From assembly GCF_009914755.1 (NCBI RefSeq), contig NC_060947.1: DNA of 64,000 nucleotides. The stretch is one strand, 5' to 3'. The notes beneath the pieces were generated by a model. That model made no database searches and had not been told where the DNA came from. It was given only the letters and a program-made list of their open reading frames with translations. The DNA comes from the human T2T-CHM13v2.0 reference genome, Homo sapiens. Within the stretch, counting starts at the first letter, position 1. Each line of letters opens with the position of its first letter. This document shows positions 1 through 13,114 of this stretch, one piece after another. Both the position numbers and the translations under genes were made by a program.

Positions 1-2176
1 TGTTTTCATAACTGCAGGCAACACTGGGCTGTGAGTTTGTCCTCCATGAGATTCTATTCCATCCAGGGCAGCCATGGCCTGGTGGATTGTTTAGCCTTAG
101 CCATCGCTGACAGAAATCAGGACTTGTACTTGTCAGGTGCTCCCTGAGAAACTACTGTGTGGGCTCAGCACTCCACTCAGCCTCCTCAGACTACAGAGTC
201 CTCATGCCGCGCCATCTGTCACCAGATAATCCCACTGGAATGTACAGAGCTGATGGAGGACATCTTTGGCCTCAGCTAATGTTTTCCATCGCCAGTCTGC
301 CCAGGGGGTTGTGAGGCCTCATGTAGGGTGGGCAGCTATCCAAGCCACCAAAACTCACAAAAATGCAAAATTCATACTGACCAGGTGTATATGGACTGCA
401 GTGCAAAGCCTCTTGGGGGTCACTCCCAGCTTCTGCACTAACTGTGCAGAATTCTTTAGTAGGGAAGCCACTTTTCTATACCGTCCTGGGGCAGCCAAGT
501 GCTTCACTTCAGCCCCTGTCAGGTGGAGCTTGCTTTCCTGGTTCTTCCTCCCAAGTGGGCCACCTCCTGGGGACGGCCCTTTAAAGCTTGAATGTTGCCT
601 GGGGGAGGGAGATTCCAGCACCCATGTTGGCCCGTGGTGTTGATTTGCTGGAGGGCAAACCACAGTTAATGTGGTAAAGGCTGATTGTCTGCCAGAGGGG
701 CCTGTTGCCTCTTTCGAATACATTCTCTGTAGCCAGGCAGCCACTTTTTCATTTGGTTCCTGGGCTAGGTTCTTAAGGACAGGCAGGGCCTCCGTGTGAG
801 ACAGAGGGTGTGTCCTCCTCCAGATAAGAGATGGCCTCTCCTTCTTGACCCTCCCCTGTTGTCTCTTCTGTCCTTTTGACTTTGCAGGTGATCACTGGCA
901 AAGGAGAGGGTCAAGTTCCTCACTCTCCCATGGTAGTATTGTGCTGCCTTATCCTCTAGAGGGTGCAAATCCTCTTCTCCAGGGTCCTCTCCTCCTTCTG
1001 GTTGTCCGTGGAGGTTGGGCTCCCACCTCCTCTCTGTGAGGCATCCTGGTGAGAAGCAGCTGTGAGCAAGCTCAACAGGGGTCCCCTGGTTTGGATTCAA
1101 TAGGACAGCCACCTCTTTTGGAGGGCCTGGAGGCTCTGGGACTTAAACTTCCTGCCTTTGGTCACCTTAAGCAATGCTTTATCTGGCTTAGCCCAAGGGT
1201 TGGGGTATCGATATTCCTCTGCAAAGGGGCTACGAAGATGACATTCACAAAAGAATAACTGAATGTCACAACAGCTGTGGCATGCTAACTGCTTGTAAAG
1301 GCATCTCCCCCAGCTGTGCATATGGGAATGGCCTCAGCCTGGCATCTCTGCCTGATCAGCTCATGTACCTGGCATAGTGGTCCCCAACAGTAAGGATGTC
1401 CTCTTGTCTCAGAGTACCCCAAATCACTGGCCTGGCCACAGGGAACTCCTCCCACTCTAGCCCGTCATGGGGTGAGGTTAGGCCACCTTCAGTCCAGAGA
1501 TGTGTACTCCTCCCCTTTATGTGTGCGGGTCTATAGGCCTTATAGTGTTCAGCACCTGCCTAGTGGGGCTTCAGGCGGGCAAGCTGACCTCCTTCCCCAG
1601 GCAGTATCACACCTCTGACCTCAAAAGTCAGTTCTAATGAGATGAATTCACTCAAATACTGGCATGACCAGGTTAATGAAGCACAGGAAGAGACCACAAA
1701 AAAATAGTGTAACACAGGCCAGGTGCAGTGGCTCATGCCTGTAATCCCAACATTTTGGGAAGCCAAGGCAGGAGGACTGCTTGAGCCCAGGACTTTGAGA
1801 CCAGCCAAGGCAACATAGTGAGACCCTGTCTCTACTAAAAATAAAAATAAATAGCCAGGCGTAATGGCACACGCCTGTAGTCCCAGCTACTCAGCACGCT
1901 GAGGTGGGAGGATTGCATGAGGCTAGGATTTTGAGGCTGCAGTGAGCTTTGAGTGCACTGCACTTTGAGTGCAGTGATCATGTTACTGCACTCCAGCCCG
2001 GGCAACAAAGCTAGACTCTGTCTCATAAATATAAAACTAAATAAATAAATAAATAGAGGCAGGAGAATAGACACAGTCAGTCCAAGACCAGCCTAGAGAG
2101 ACTTAGAGATTATCTCTAAAATTATCACAACATTCTTAGAGAATATAACACAGCACAGAGCAATGTCATGCCAAAC
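1..2176 (-). mobile_element. Degraded ERVL-type internal sequence (MER76-int-like), interrupted by an Alu
   Basis: Directly abuts the 3' end (minus strand) of the LTR at 2177-2822, with a PBS-like gtttggcatgac; no intact ORFs. Confidence 0.4.
1717..2055 (+). mobile_element. AluJ with small internal duplication
   Basis: ggccaggtgcagtggctcatgcctgtaatccc start, dimeric structure, (taaa)n tail. Confidence 0.9.
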
Positions 2177-2822
2177 TGATATGGAGGCATTCCAGATTTG
2201 AGCCCCAACTACTTGAAGCCATCCAGTATCGATTTGCCAAGTGATGATCCTACTGACCAATTCCCTGATCACTGCCAAAAACCCATCCTTATCACCCCAT
2301 GTAGCAAGTTTGAAGATTTCAGGGCTGATCCAAGAAAAGACATGATCATGACATGTCAGTATTACAAAACAAGCTGTCATTTGGGTGGCACCAGGACACA
2401 TTGCACAAGAGGGGAAGTTCCCTACAGCAGGAGACCTCCTGAGACAGTGGCATGGGGCCACTGCCCAAAAAGGGAAGAGGGCAATGGAACTCCTGGTGGA
2501 GAAGGGAATTGGAGAAGGCGTTATGTGTCAAGGTGATGTGGCTCAGCAGCAAGATGGGGAGTCTGTGTCAGAGAGCTCTGAGGGGCAGCAGCAGCTTGGT
2601 GTCTTTTATAGCCCCAGAATTTGTTTTATCTATGGCAGGCAGAGGCTAGGTGCAGTTTTGCAGGGTATGCAAAGCAGGGAAGTTCTGAATGGCTAAAAAT
2701 ATTACTTGGGCTATATTTAAAGCAATTGATGTGTAAGAATTTGAATTTGGCACCAGCCTGCTGTGAAGAAGTGAACAACAGAGTCAATATACAGGGACCA
2801 TCTTTGGTTCATTTATGTAACA
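2177..2822 (-). mobile_element. ERVL LTR, MER76-like
   Basis: Minus strand begins tgttacataaatgaaccaaagatggtccctgtatattg (matches recalled MER76 start) and ends in CA; ~650 bp. Confidence 0.55.
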
Positions 2823-3565
2823 ACCTTTAATTCTTGCAATATGAGGCAGAGGTCAAGATTATTTTTTCCAAGGCTATTCAGTTGCTCCAGCACCAAAAGA
2901 GTATCTGTTCCCCGTTGAATTTTACTGTGGCCTTTGTTGTAGTTCAGCCAATAATCTATGTGAAGTTCTATTTCTAGATTGTTTATTCTGATCCATTTAT
3001 CTATTTGTCTATCCTTGTCCCAGTACTTGACTGTCTTATTTAGGCCTTTACATTCTTTCAATAATATTTTGTAATTTTCTCTACCGTGGGTTTTTTACAT
3101 ATTTTGTTAAATTTTTTCCTAGTTTTTTTTTGGTACATTTCTTGATGTTCTAGTAAGTAGCCTTAAAGTTTCATTTTCTTATTGTTGTTCCTGATATGTA
3201 GAAATATAGTTGTATGTATACAGTTTTATGTGTTGACATTTTATCCAATGATCCTGATAAGTTCACTTATAAATTGTACTAGATCATCTGAAGATACTTT
3301 TAGGCTTTTTTACATTCACAAAAATGTCATCTGCATATTATGGCAGTTTTATTTCCTCCTTCCTATCCTTTACATTTTTAATTTCTTTTTCTTGATGATT
3401 GCATTGGCTAGGACCTTTAATACAATGCTGAGCAGAAATGGTAATAGTAATAACAGATATTCTTTCCTTGCTCTTAATCTATGGAGAAACTTTCACTCAT
3501 TCACCATTAACTATGATGTTTGCTGTAGGTTTTATGTAGATACTCTTTGTCAGATTAGGGGAGTT

Positions 3566-4566
3566 TATTGGGGGAACCAACCCCCAATATTTCAACGTAG
3601 GTTCTTTTCTATTTTCCCTAAGTGTCGGCCGCTCTGAAAAATAAAGGGAAACAGTACAAAAGAGAGAAATTTTAAAGCTGGGTGTCCGGGGGAGCTATCA
3701 CATGTCGGCAGATTCCGTGATGTCCCCTGAGCTGTAAAACCAGCAAGTTTTTTAGCAATTTTCAAAGGGGAGGGAGTGTATGAATAGGGTGAGTCACAGA
3801 GATCACATGCTTCAAGGGCAACAAAAGATCACAGGGCAGAAGGTCAGGGCGAGATCACAAGGTCAGGGTGGAACTAGAATTACTAATGAACTTCCATGTC
3901 CCACTGTGCACGCATTGTCATTGATAAACATCTTAACAGGGTTCAAGAGCAGAGAACCGGTCTGACTAGAATTTGCCAGGCTGGAATTTCCTAATCCTAG
4001 CAAGCCTAGGGGCACTGCAGGAGGCCAGGGCATGTTTCATCCCTTATCTTCAACTGCATAAGGCAGACACCCACCCCCCCCAGAGCGGCCATTTTAGAGG
4101 CCCCCCCCGGGAATGTATTATTTTCCCAGGGCTGTTAATTATTAATATTCCTTACTGGGGAAAGAATTCAGCAATATTTCTCTTACCCGTTTTTGGCAAT
4201 AAGAGAAATAATGGCTCTGTCCTGCCTGGCTCCCAGGCAGTCAGACCTAATGATTATCTCCCTTGTTCCCTGAACATCGCTGTTACCCTGTTCTTTTTTC
4301 AAGGTGCCCAGATTTCATATTGTTCAAACACACATGCTTTATGAACAATTTGTGCAGTTAACGCAATCATCACAGGTCCTGAGGTGACATACATCCTCAG
4401 TTTAGGAAGATGACGGGATTAAGAGATTAAAGTAAAGACAGGCATAGGAAATTATAAGATTATTGATTGGGGAAGTGATAAATGTCCATGAAATCTTCAC
4501 AATTTATGTTCTTCTGTCACGACTTCAGCAGGTCCCTCCATTCGGGGTCCCTGACTTCCCGCAACA
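3566..4566 (-). mobile_element. MER11 (HERV-K/HML-8) solo LTR
   Basis: Minus strand starts tgttgcgggaagtcagggaccccgaatggagggacc; ~1 kb; 6-bp TSD ggagtt/cgagtt. Confidence 0.85.
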
Positions 4567-4587
4567 CGAGTTCTTATCGATTTCTAG

Positions 4588-4636
4588 TTTGTGCACATGT
4601 ACCCTAAAACTTAAAGTATAATAATAAAAAAAAAAC
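4588..4636 (+). mobile_element. Extreme 3' tip of an L1PA
   Basis: tgtgcacatgtaccctaaaacttaaagtataataataaaaaaaaaa is the L1PA terminus. Confidence 0.8.
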
Positions 4637-5626
4637 CATGAATGGAAATGCCTCTCCCAATCCCTTCATTCTGGTGGGTTTATAAATTTTTAAAAATACA
4701 TATTATTTTAAGGGCAGTATATTTGTGTCTAGGGAGAGAGAAGACTAAATGTTTGTGACCAATTCCCCCTTTTAATTGGAAGACTTAGATTGTTTCTTTT
4801 TTATTTTTAATCTCCTTGTATGTGTAATAATGTTCCCTTTCTCATTCCTAATGTTTCTTTTATCATTTTTCTTAATCAGATGTCTTTGACCTATTACTTT
4901 TAAAATCTACCCTAGTGATTTTGTTAATGAAACCTAATATTTTGTTCTACGTGTTAATGTCTCATTTTATCCTTAATTCCTACTTTTTCCATTATTTGGA
5001 CTAATTTTGCTGTTTTTATATTAAATGTTTGGTTCATTTCTTTCTAGATTCCACTTATAATGTATGCAATGGGTGCATTTTTCAATTCAGTTTTTGCCAC
5101 ATTCTGCATATTTTTATATTTAATGTGTACTCATTGTTGTTCATTTCTAATATGTTCATACTTTTATTTTTGATTTTTTTCTTTAATAAAATAATAATTT
5201 GGGGGGAGACTTTTTCCATTTCTAATTTTATCACATTGTGCCTAAACAAAGTGTCTCTATGATTTGTTGGGATTCTCTGAGTCATCTATGTTTGTAAATG
5301 TTTCCTGTGTATTCCTCATTGGATTTAAATATGTGTATGTATACCCATATCCATGTATCAGACATAGATCAAGCTTAATAATTGTGCTATTCAAATGAGT
5401 CATTATTTTTTGTCTGTTTAAGAGATGTGTGATAATTTCTGTCTCTGTAATTGAGGGTTCATCACTGACTTTAAATCTATGTCGTTAGGTACATAAACAT
5501 GCCTTACCACCATGTCTTCTGATGAATGTTACCTTTTATTATTATTAAAATATCCTTCTTTGTCCCACTTAATGTTTTTGTTTTCAAATTTTATGTCCAT
5601 TTTTCATTTTGTTAGCATTTTCCTAA

Positions 5627-5916
<290 letters not shown>

Positions 5917-5999
5917 TAACTTTTTATTTTTAAAGTTATTTTTCAAAATTATGAAATATTTCAAACAAACCAAAAGGTATAGAGAAAAGTACTTGGGTA

Positions 6000-6161
6000 G
6001 TGTGCAGATCACATGTTTGTGTCCCCTTTCCCTGCCCAATTCATATGTCAAAACCCTTAATGTTAACCTTAATGGGATGGTATTAGGAAGAGGGGCCTTT
6101 GGGAAGTAGTTAGGATTAGATGAGGTCACAAGAGTGGAATCCCCATGATGAGGTTAGTGTC
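6000..6161 (+). mobile_element. MLT1A-type MaLR LTR, 5' part
   Basis: aattcatatgtcaaaaccc...gggcctttgggaagtagttaggattagatgaggtca; continues at 9849. Confidence 0.7.
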
Positions 6162-6359
6162 TGATATGATTTAGATGTCTATCCCCTTCAAATCTCATGT
6201 TGAAATGTGATCCTTGATGTTGGAGGTAGGGCCTAGTGGGAGGTGTTTGCATCATGGGGGCACATCCCTCATGAGTGGCTTGGTACCATGCTTGTGGTAA
6301 TGATTGAGTTCTCACTCTATGAGTTCATGTGAGATCTGGCTGTTTAAAAGAGGCTGGCA

Positions 6360-6560
6360 TACAGAGTGATATAATAGACTTTAGAGACTCAGAAGGGGGA
6401 GAGGGAAGAGGGGCCAAGGATAAAAAAAAACTACACAGTAGGTACAATATTTGCTACTTGGGTGATGGGTGCACTAAAATCTCAGAATTCACCACTATAA
6501 AATTCATTCATGTAACAAAAAAACACTTGTACCCCAAAAGCTATTGAAATAAAAAAATAA
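6360..6560 (+). mobile_element. L1PB 3' fragment inside the MST 5' LTR
   Basis: gggtgatgggtgcactaaaatctcagaattcaccacta...cttgtaccccaaaagctattgaaataaaaaa; TSD aaagag(g/t)ctggca. Confidence 0.8.
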
Positions 6561-7209
6561 AAGAGTCTGGCACCTCTCCCCTCCCTCTCTCTTGCTCCCT
6601 CTCTCACCATGTGACATGCTGGCTCCCCTTTACCTTCCATTATGATTGTAAGCTTCCCCAGGACCTCACCAGAAGCAGATGCTGGCACTATTCTTCATGT
6701 ACAGCCTGCAGAACCACAAACCAAATAAACCTCTTTTCTTCATAAATTACTTGAGTCTCAGGTATTCCTTTACAGCAATGCAAAAATGGACTAACAGAAA
6801 ATTGGTATTGAGAAGTGGGGCATTGCTATAAAGATACTTGAAAATGTGGAAGCAGCTTTGGAACCGGGTAACGGGCAGAGGTTGGAAGAGTTTGGAGGGC
6901 TCAGAAGAAGACAGGAAGATGAGGGAAAACTTGGAACTTTAACGTTAGAGACTGGTTAAATGAATGTGACCAAAATGCTGATAGATTGTGTTGAGTCTTG
7001 ACAACGAAAAAAAATGCTGATAGAAATGGACAGTGAAGGCCAGGCTGACGAAGTCTCAGATGGAAATTAGGAATTTATTGGGAGCTGGAGCAAAGGTCAC
7101 CCTTGTTATGCTGTAGCAAAGAATTTGGCTGCATTGTGTCCATGCCCTAGGGATTTATGGAAGGTTGAACTTAAGACTGATGACCTAGAGTATCCAGCAG
7201 AAGAAATTT

Positions 7210-7900
7210 TTTTTTTGAATGTGATTCTTTTATTGTCAAGAGAGTAAAGAAGACATATTACTGGTTTGTGGATAAGAACAAATAATATGCTGCCTAGCCG
7301 CCCAACTGTCTGGCAAATGAGGAGCGCCTCTGTCCAGCCGCCCAACTCTCTGGGAAGTGAGGAGTGCCTCTGCCCAGCCACCCAACTGGGAAGTGAGGAG
7401 CGCCTCTGCCTGGCCACCCCGTCTGGGAAGTGAGGTGCCCCTCTGGCTGGCTGCCCACCATCTGGCAAGTGAGGAGCGCCTCTGCCCGGCTGCCGCCCTG
7501 TCTGGGAAGTGAGGAGCGCCTCTGCCCAGCCTGCCGCCCCGTCTGGGAAGTGTGGAGCGCCTCTGCCCAGCTGCCCACTGTCTGGGAAGTGAGGCGCGCC
7601 TCTGCCCGGCTGCTGTGCAACCTTCCAAGTGTGAAGTGACAGCCTTGTGTGTGATCTTTTCTGTCTTCCCCAAGTTTGCATTTTCAACATTAAAGTTTAC
7701 TTTTCAGTTAAAAGTAAAAAAAAAAAAAAAAAAAAGAGCAAATAATATGATAATATGATCGAAGGAGATGACAAATATTTTCTCAGTCATATGTGATCTT
7801 TAGTTAGTTTTTTTTTTTTTTTTTGAGACAGAGTCTCACTCTGTTGCCCAGGCTGGAGTGCAGTGACATGATCTTGGCTCACTGCAACCTCCACCTCCTC
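7210..7900 (-). mobile_element. Retrotransposed fragment: 5'-truncated Alu (7808-7900) + unique 3' sequence + AATAAA + polyA
   Basis: 12-bp TSD cagaagaaattt at 7198-7209 and 7901-7912; tttatt at 7229-7234, 12 nt from the polyT. Confidence 0.75.
7292..7735 (+). mobile_element. SVA2 element (VNTR + unique 3' end + polyA)
   Basis: 8 SVA-type ~37-40 bp VNTR units, then ccttccaagtgtgaagtgacagccttgtgtgtgatc...attaaa, polyA; no SINE-R or Alu-like part; 18-bp TSD aaga(a/g)caaataatatg(c/a)t. Confidence 0.8.
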
Positions 7901-7994
7901 CAGAAGAAATTTCTAAGCAGCAAAGCATTCAAAAAGAGGCATATGGATAGATATGGGAGCAAAGAAATGACTTAAAAGTTGGAACTCATATCTA

Positions 7995-8432
<438 letters not shown>

Positions 8433-9848
8433 CTAGAGAGATTAGCATGACTGAAAAGGAGCCAAGTGCCAATAGCCAAGACAATGGGGGAAAGGCCTCA
8501 AAAGCATTTCAGAAACCTTCGGGACAGTCCCTCTCATCACAAGCCCAGAGGGCTAGGAGGAAAGAATTGTTTCATGGGCCAGGGCCGGGGCACCAATGTC
8601 CTGCACCACCTCAGGAGGCTGTTCCTCACATCCCCGCTGCTCCAGCTCTAGCCTTGGCTCAAAGGGCCCCAGACACTGCTCTTGCCACCATTCTAGAAGG
8701 CACAAGCCATAGCCTTGGTGGCTTCTCCATAGTGTTAAGCCTGTAGGTGCACAAAATCCAAGAATGGAGGAGGCTTGGCAGCTTCCAGCCAGATCTCAGA
8801 GGATGTATTGGAAAGCCTGTATGGCCAGGCAGAAGCCTTCCACAAAGGTAGAACTCCCACAGAGAGACTCTACTAGCGCAGTGCCAAGGGGAAATATGGG
8901 GCTGTAGCCCCCATGCAGAGTCCCCACTGGGACACTGCCTAGTGGAGCTGTAGGAATGGGGCCACTGCCCCCCAGACCCAAGAGTGGTAGAACTACCAGT
9001 GGCTTGCACCCTGAGCCTGAAGGCACTTAACTCCAACCTGTGAGCGCAGCCAAGCCACAGATGCAGAGTTGCCCAAGGCCTTGGGAGCCCACCTGTTGTA
9101 CAAATGTGCCCTGGATGCAGGACATGAAGTCAAAGAAGGTTATTTTGGAGCTTTAAGGTTTAATGTCTGTCTTGCTGGGTTTCGGACTTGTGTGGAGCCT
9201 GTTGCCCCCTTTTTTTGGCTGCTTTCTCTCTTTTGAAATGGAAATGTTTACCCAATGCCTGTACCACCATTGTATCTTGGAAGTAAATAACTTGTTTTTG
9301 ATTTTTATAGGCTAATAGGTGGAAGGACTTACCTCGTGTCTCAAATGAAACTTTGGACTTCTGAGTTAATGCTGGAATGAGTTAAGACTTTGGGGGACTA
9401 TTGGGAAGAACAGTTGTATTTTGCAATGTGAGAAAGACATGAGATTTGGGGGGCCAGGGGCAGAATGATATGGTTAGGATGTTTGTCCCCTCCAAATCTC
9501 ATATTTAAGTGTAATCCCATTGTTGGAAATGAGGTCTGGTGGGAGGTGTTTGGATCATGGAAGTGGATCCCTCATGGATGGCTTGGTGCCATTCTTGCAA
9601 TAATGAGTGAGTTCTTGCTCTATGAGTTCATGCAAGATCTGATTGTTGAAAAGGGCCTGATACCTCCTCCTCTCTCCCTGTGGCACACTGGCTTCCCTTT
9701 ACCTTCCATCATGAGGTCCTCACCAGAAACAGGTGTGAGCACCATGCTTCATGTACAGACTACAGAACCATGAGCCAAACCTCTTTTCTTTATAAACTAC
9801 CCGAGTTGCAGGTATTCCTTTACAACAATGCAAAAACAGACTAATACA

Positions 9849-10073
9849 GTGGGCTTATAAGAGAAAGAGACTAGAGCTGTTTCTCTTAGCCATGTGAGGA
9901 CACACGAGATGATGCCATCTGCAAACCAGGAAGGTGGCCCTCAACAGACTTCAGATCAGCTGGTGCCTTGATCTTGGAATTCCCAGTCCCCAGAACTATG
10001 AGCAATACATGTTTGTTGTTTAAGCCACCCAATCTATAGTATTCTGTTACGGCAGCATAAGCTGACTAAGACA
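9849..10073 (+). mobile_element. MLT1A-type LTR, 3' part
   Basis: gccatgtgaggacaca...gccttgatcttggaattcccag...tttaagccaccc...gactaagaca. Confidence 0.75.
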
Positions 10074-10724
10074 GGTTCTCTCTGCCCAGTGTTGATAGAT
10101 CTTTATATATTTTTTGCCATATTTGCTTCAGATATATACACACACACACATATATATATGCACATACATACATATATAGATATACACACACCATTATAGA
10201 TAAATGCAGTTGAAGCTCCCTGTATACAACTTCCTTCTTTCGCCTCATTCTCTCCATAGAGTTCATGGCTATCCTGAATTTGGAGGTTCACTTCTCCGTG
10301 TCTGATATTGGTATAAACATACCTACTTTCTTAGGTTAGTCTTTGCGTAACATATCTTTTGCCATCTTTGCTCTCTACTTTTTTGTGTACTCATAATAAA
10401 GGCATCCTGCTGTCCTCAGATGCTGGAGATCAAGGCAGCACTACAGTTATAATGTTAACAGATGAGCCAATACCTGAGCCCACACATGTATCTCAAGCCC
10501 AAGGATTGGTGGCAGACCCTTTATAATAAGCCCAAAACATATCCTGTTGAGTGCAGCATCCTTTGTGTGAACAGAGAAGAAAAAGAAGTTCCCATATATC
10601 TTTTACTTATCACCCAGGGATGGAGCCATCATGTGTTGTTGCAGGATTAGTGGCATTGGAGGATGAGGAATGAAGGTAGCTTTCAAAGCCTCAGTCTGCA
10701 GTGGGCCATCATGTGTTGATGCAG

Positions 10725-10855
10725 GGACCAGTGACATTGGAGGATGAGACTGAGGACTTCACCTGGCAGCAGTGGCACTTGGACACTGCTCAGAGGACTG
10801 TGTGTGCAGACGTGATACTGGAGAATTACAGTCAGCTGGTGTCTGGGGAGGGAAG
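10725..10855 (+). pseudogene. Isolated KRAB-A exon relic (GPVTLEDETEDFTWQQWHLDTAQRTVCADVILENYSQLVSG)
   Basis: Acceptor ttgatgcag, then an open frame aligning to the KRAB-A consensus with a one-codon deletion; canonical donor lost, alternative AAG|gtaat at 10855/10856. Confidence 0.8.
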
Positions 10856-11375
10856 GTAATTTGGTATTTACGATTATTGTGTCTAGGTTGACCCCTTTGG
10901 CATGCCATTGACATACCATGTCTTTCTTAAAGGAAGTGGGTCTCTGGTGGTTACAGGACATGGATATGAGCTCCTCAGATGAAAGGACATCTCCACGTCT
11001 CCCCCCATTCTTTGCTTAGCTTTGAGAAAGAACCCTGCTTCTCTTCCTTGTCCTCAGGATCTGATCCCTGCCTCCTTCAGCTGGAGCAAGCCTTTCTAGG
11101 TCATCCTCCCTTTCTCTAACCCTTTTCACTTTCCCTCCAGCCACTTGTCATCAACTCCACTCCTTATGCACTCAGACATTTATAGATCTGTCCTTTTTCA
11201 AATTTGCGACTTGTACTTCTACTTCCGTTTCTCATTCTTGTGAAAGGCTCAGGTGTTTTCTACTTGTGTTATACAACCAGATTCCACCCCACCCCAAACT
11301 CCTCCTTTCAAGGATCTCCATTAGGTGGCCCTATCAGTTGTTTCTCTCTGTTCCCCCAAACTGAAGTTATGGTGT

Positions 11376-11753
11376 TGTATTAGTCTACTCTCGCACTGCT
11401 ACAAAGAACTGACTGGGTAATTTATAAAGAAAAGAGGTTTAATTGACTCACAGTTCCACAGGCTGTACAAGAAGCATGTCTGGGAAAGCCTCAGGAAACT
11501 TACAATCATGGCAGAGGGCGAAGAGGAAAGAGGCACATCTTATATGGCTGGAGCAGGAGGAATAGAGAACAGGGGGAGGTGCTACACACTTTTAAACAAC
11601 CAGATCTCATGAGAATTCACTCACTATCACAAGAACAGCAAGGGGGAAATCCACTCCCATGATCCAATCACCTCCCACCAGGTCCCTCCTCCAACACTGG
11701 GGATCACAATTCGACATGAGATTTGGGTGGGGACATAAATTCAAACCATATCA
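11376..11753 (-). mobile_element. MSTA/THE1-type solo LTR
   Basis: tgtattagtc...aaagaaaagaggtttaattgactcacagttcc...caaaccatatca; TSD ggtgt/gctgt. Confidence 0.85.
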
Positions 11754-11759
11754 GCTGTT

Positions 11760-12475
11760 TTTGTTTTCTAGTTGTTTGTTGCTGATGCAAAGAAAAACAA
11801 TTTCTATAGTTTGAACTTATATTTAGCAATTTTGCTAAATTCACTTATTAATTCTAACAATTTATCTATAGATGCTTTGGATTTTTCTATGTACACATCA
11901 TCTGCAGAAATTGAAAGCCTTATTTATTCACTTCCAGTCATTACTCATTTTCTTTTTCTTGTGTTAATGCACTGCCTCAGACCTCCAGTACGATGTTGAT
12001 TAGAAGTGAGCATACCAGGTGTCCTTGTCTCATTTCCAATCTCAGGAGGAAATTTTTTCCATGTTACCATTAAGTTTTGCCATGCGTCTTTTAAACACAC
12101 CCTTCATCAGGCTAAGGAAGTTCTCTTCTACTTCTAGTTTGCTAAGAATTTATATTGTGTTGATTTTTCTCAAATCCCTTTCTCTTTAGAGAAATTAAGA
12201 TTATATAATTTATTATTATGAATATATGAATTCATATATTCATATACATCCAACACAATATCATTAAATTGTATTATTAATTACATTGACATTTTTAAAT
12301 TTATTGGCATATTTTTCATAATTCCCTGTCCTTTTAATGTTTATAGAATCTGTAGTGATGGACATTTATTATGGACATTTGAAAATTTGTATTTTATTTG
12401 TTGATCAGTCTAGAGTTTCTTGCATATATTAATCTTTTTAGAGAACTAGCTTTGATTTTTGCTATTGTTTGTCCT
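11760..12475 (-). mobile_element. L1M fragment
   Basis: ttgctaaattcacttattaattctaaca...gacctccagtacgatgttgattagaagtg. Confidence 0.7.
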
Positions 12476-13114
12476 CTAGAGGTCATGAAAACAAATGTGA
12501 AGGAGGAAACTCACAAGAAGTGCTAAGCATAGATAGTAAGTAAGCTAGACACTTATGAAACATGAAGAAAATGCACAGGATGTGTGAAGTATAGATAAGT
12601 AAACAAGTAGCTTTTGAGACAGGCAAAATTCATAAGATGTGTTATAGTTAGCAAGCAAGTAACTTGTAAGATGCACTAAAGATAAATAGAATACATAGAA
12701 TATGATAGAACAAACAAGGATATTACTTATAGATAGAAAGGGACAGGAACACCAACTCATAAGGTATCCTACCACCTTGGTTATATTATACTTAAATTAA
12801 CCACCAACTGGTGACACTTAGTATTGTTCCACTGAACACAGATAAAACCCATCACTGTTCAGGCTAATTGGTAAGCTATAAGCTGAGGTAAGCAAGGTAT
12901 GTCATTGACCTTGAGCACCTTCAGTCTGAATGGGGCCCTTTTTCAAACCTCAACTCTGGCCCTCATAACCAATAAGGCTGATGGAACAGAGACAGACAGA
13001 GACAGAGGCAGGGTCTATGAATATTGCATAACACAGGACTCAGGAAATGTAGTCCTTCATCCTGTTTGTACCCTCTCCTAAGTCTGTCAACTTACTCCAT
13101 CTCTTTGCTTCTTC

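Larger units (their letters stand above)
2823..5620 (-). mobile_element. Old L1M fragments (host of MER11)
   Basis: T-rich antisense L1 ORF2 motifs such as ttggctaggacctttaatacaatgctgagcagaaatggt. Confidence 0.7.

Noticed and set aside
11050-11100. Possible KRAB-B relic (LLQLEQ) downstream of the + strand KRAB-A
   Set aside because: Only a few residues match and the frame from the nearest acceptor is wrong.
12465-12530. Possible finger-exon start (ctctag|AG GTC ATG) for the + strand relic
   Set aside because: No further similarity to KZFP linkers; early stop.
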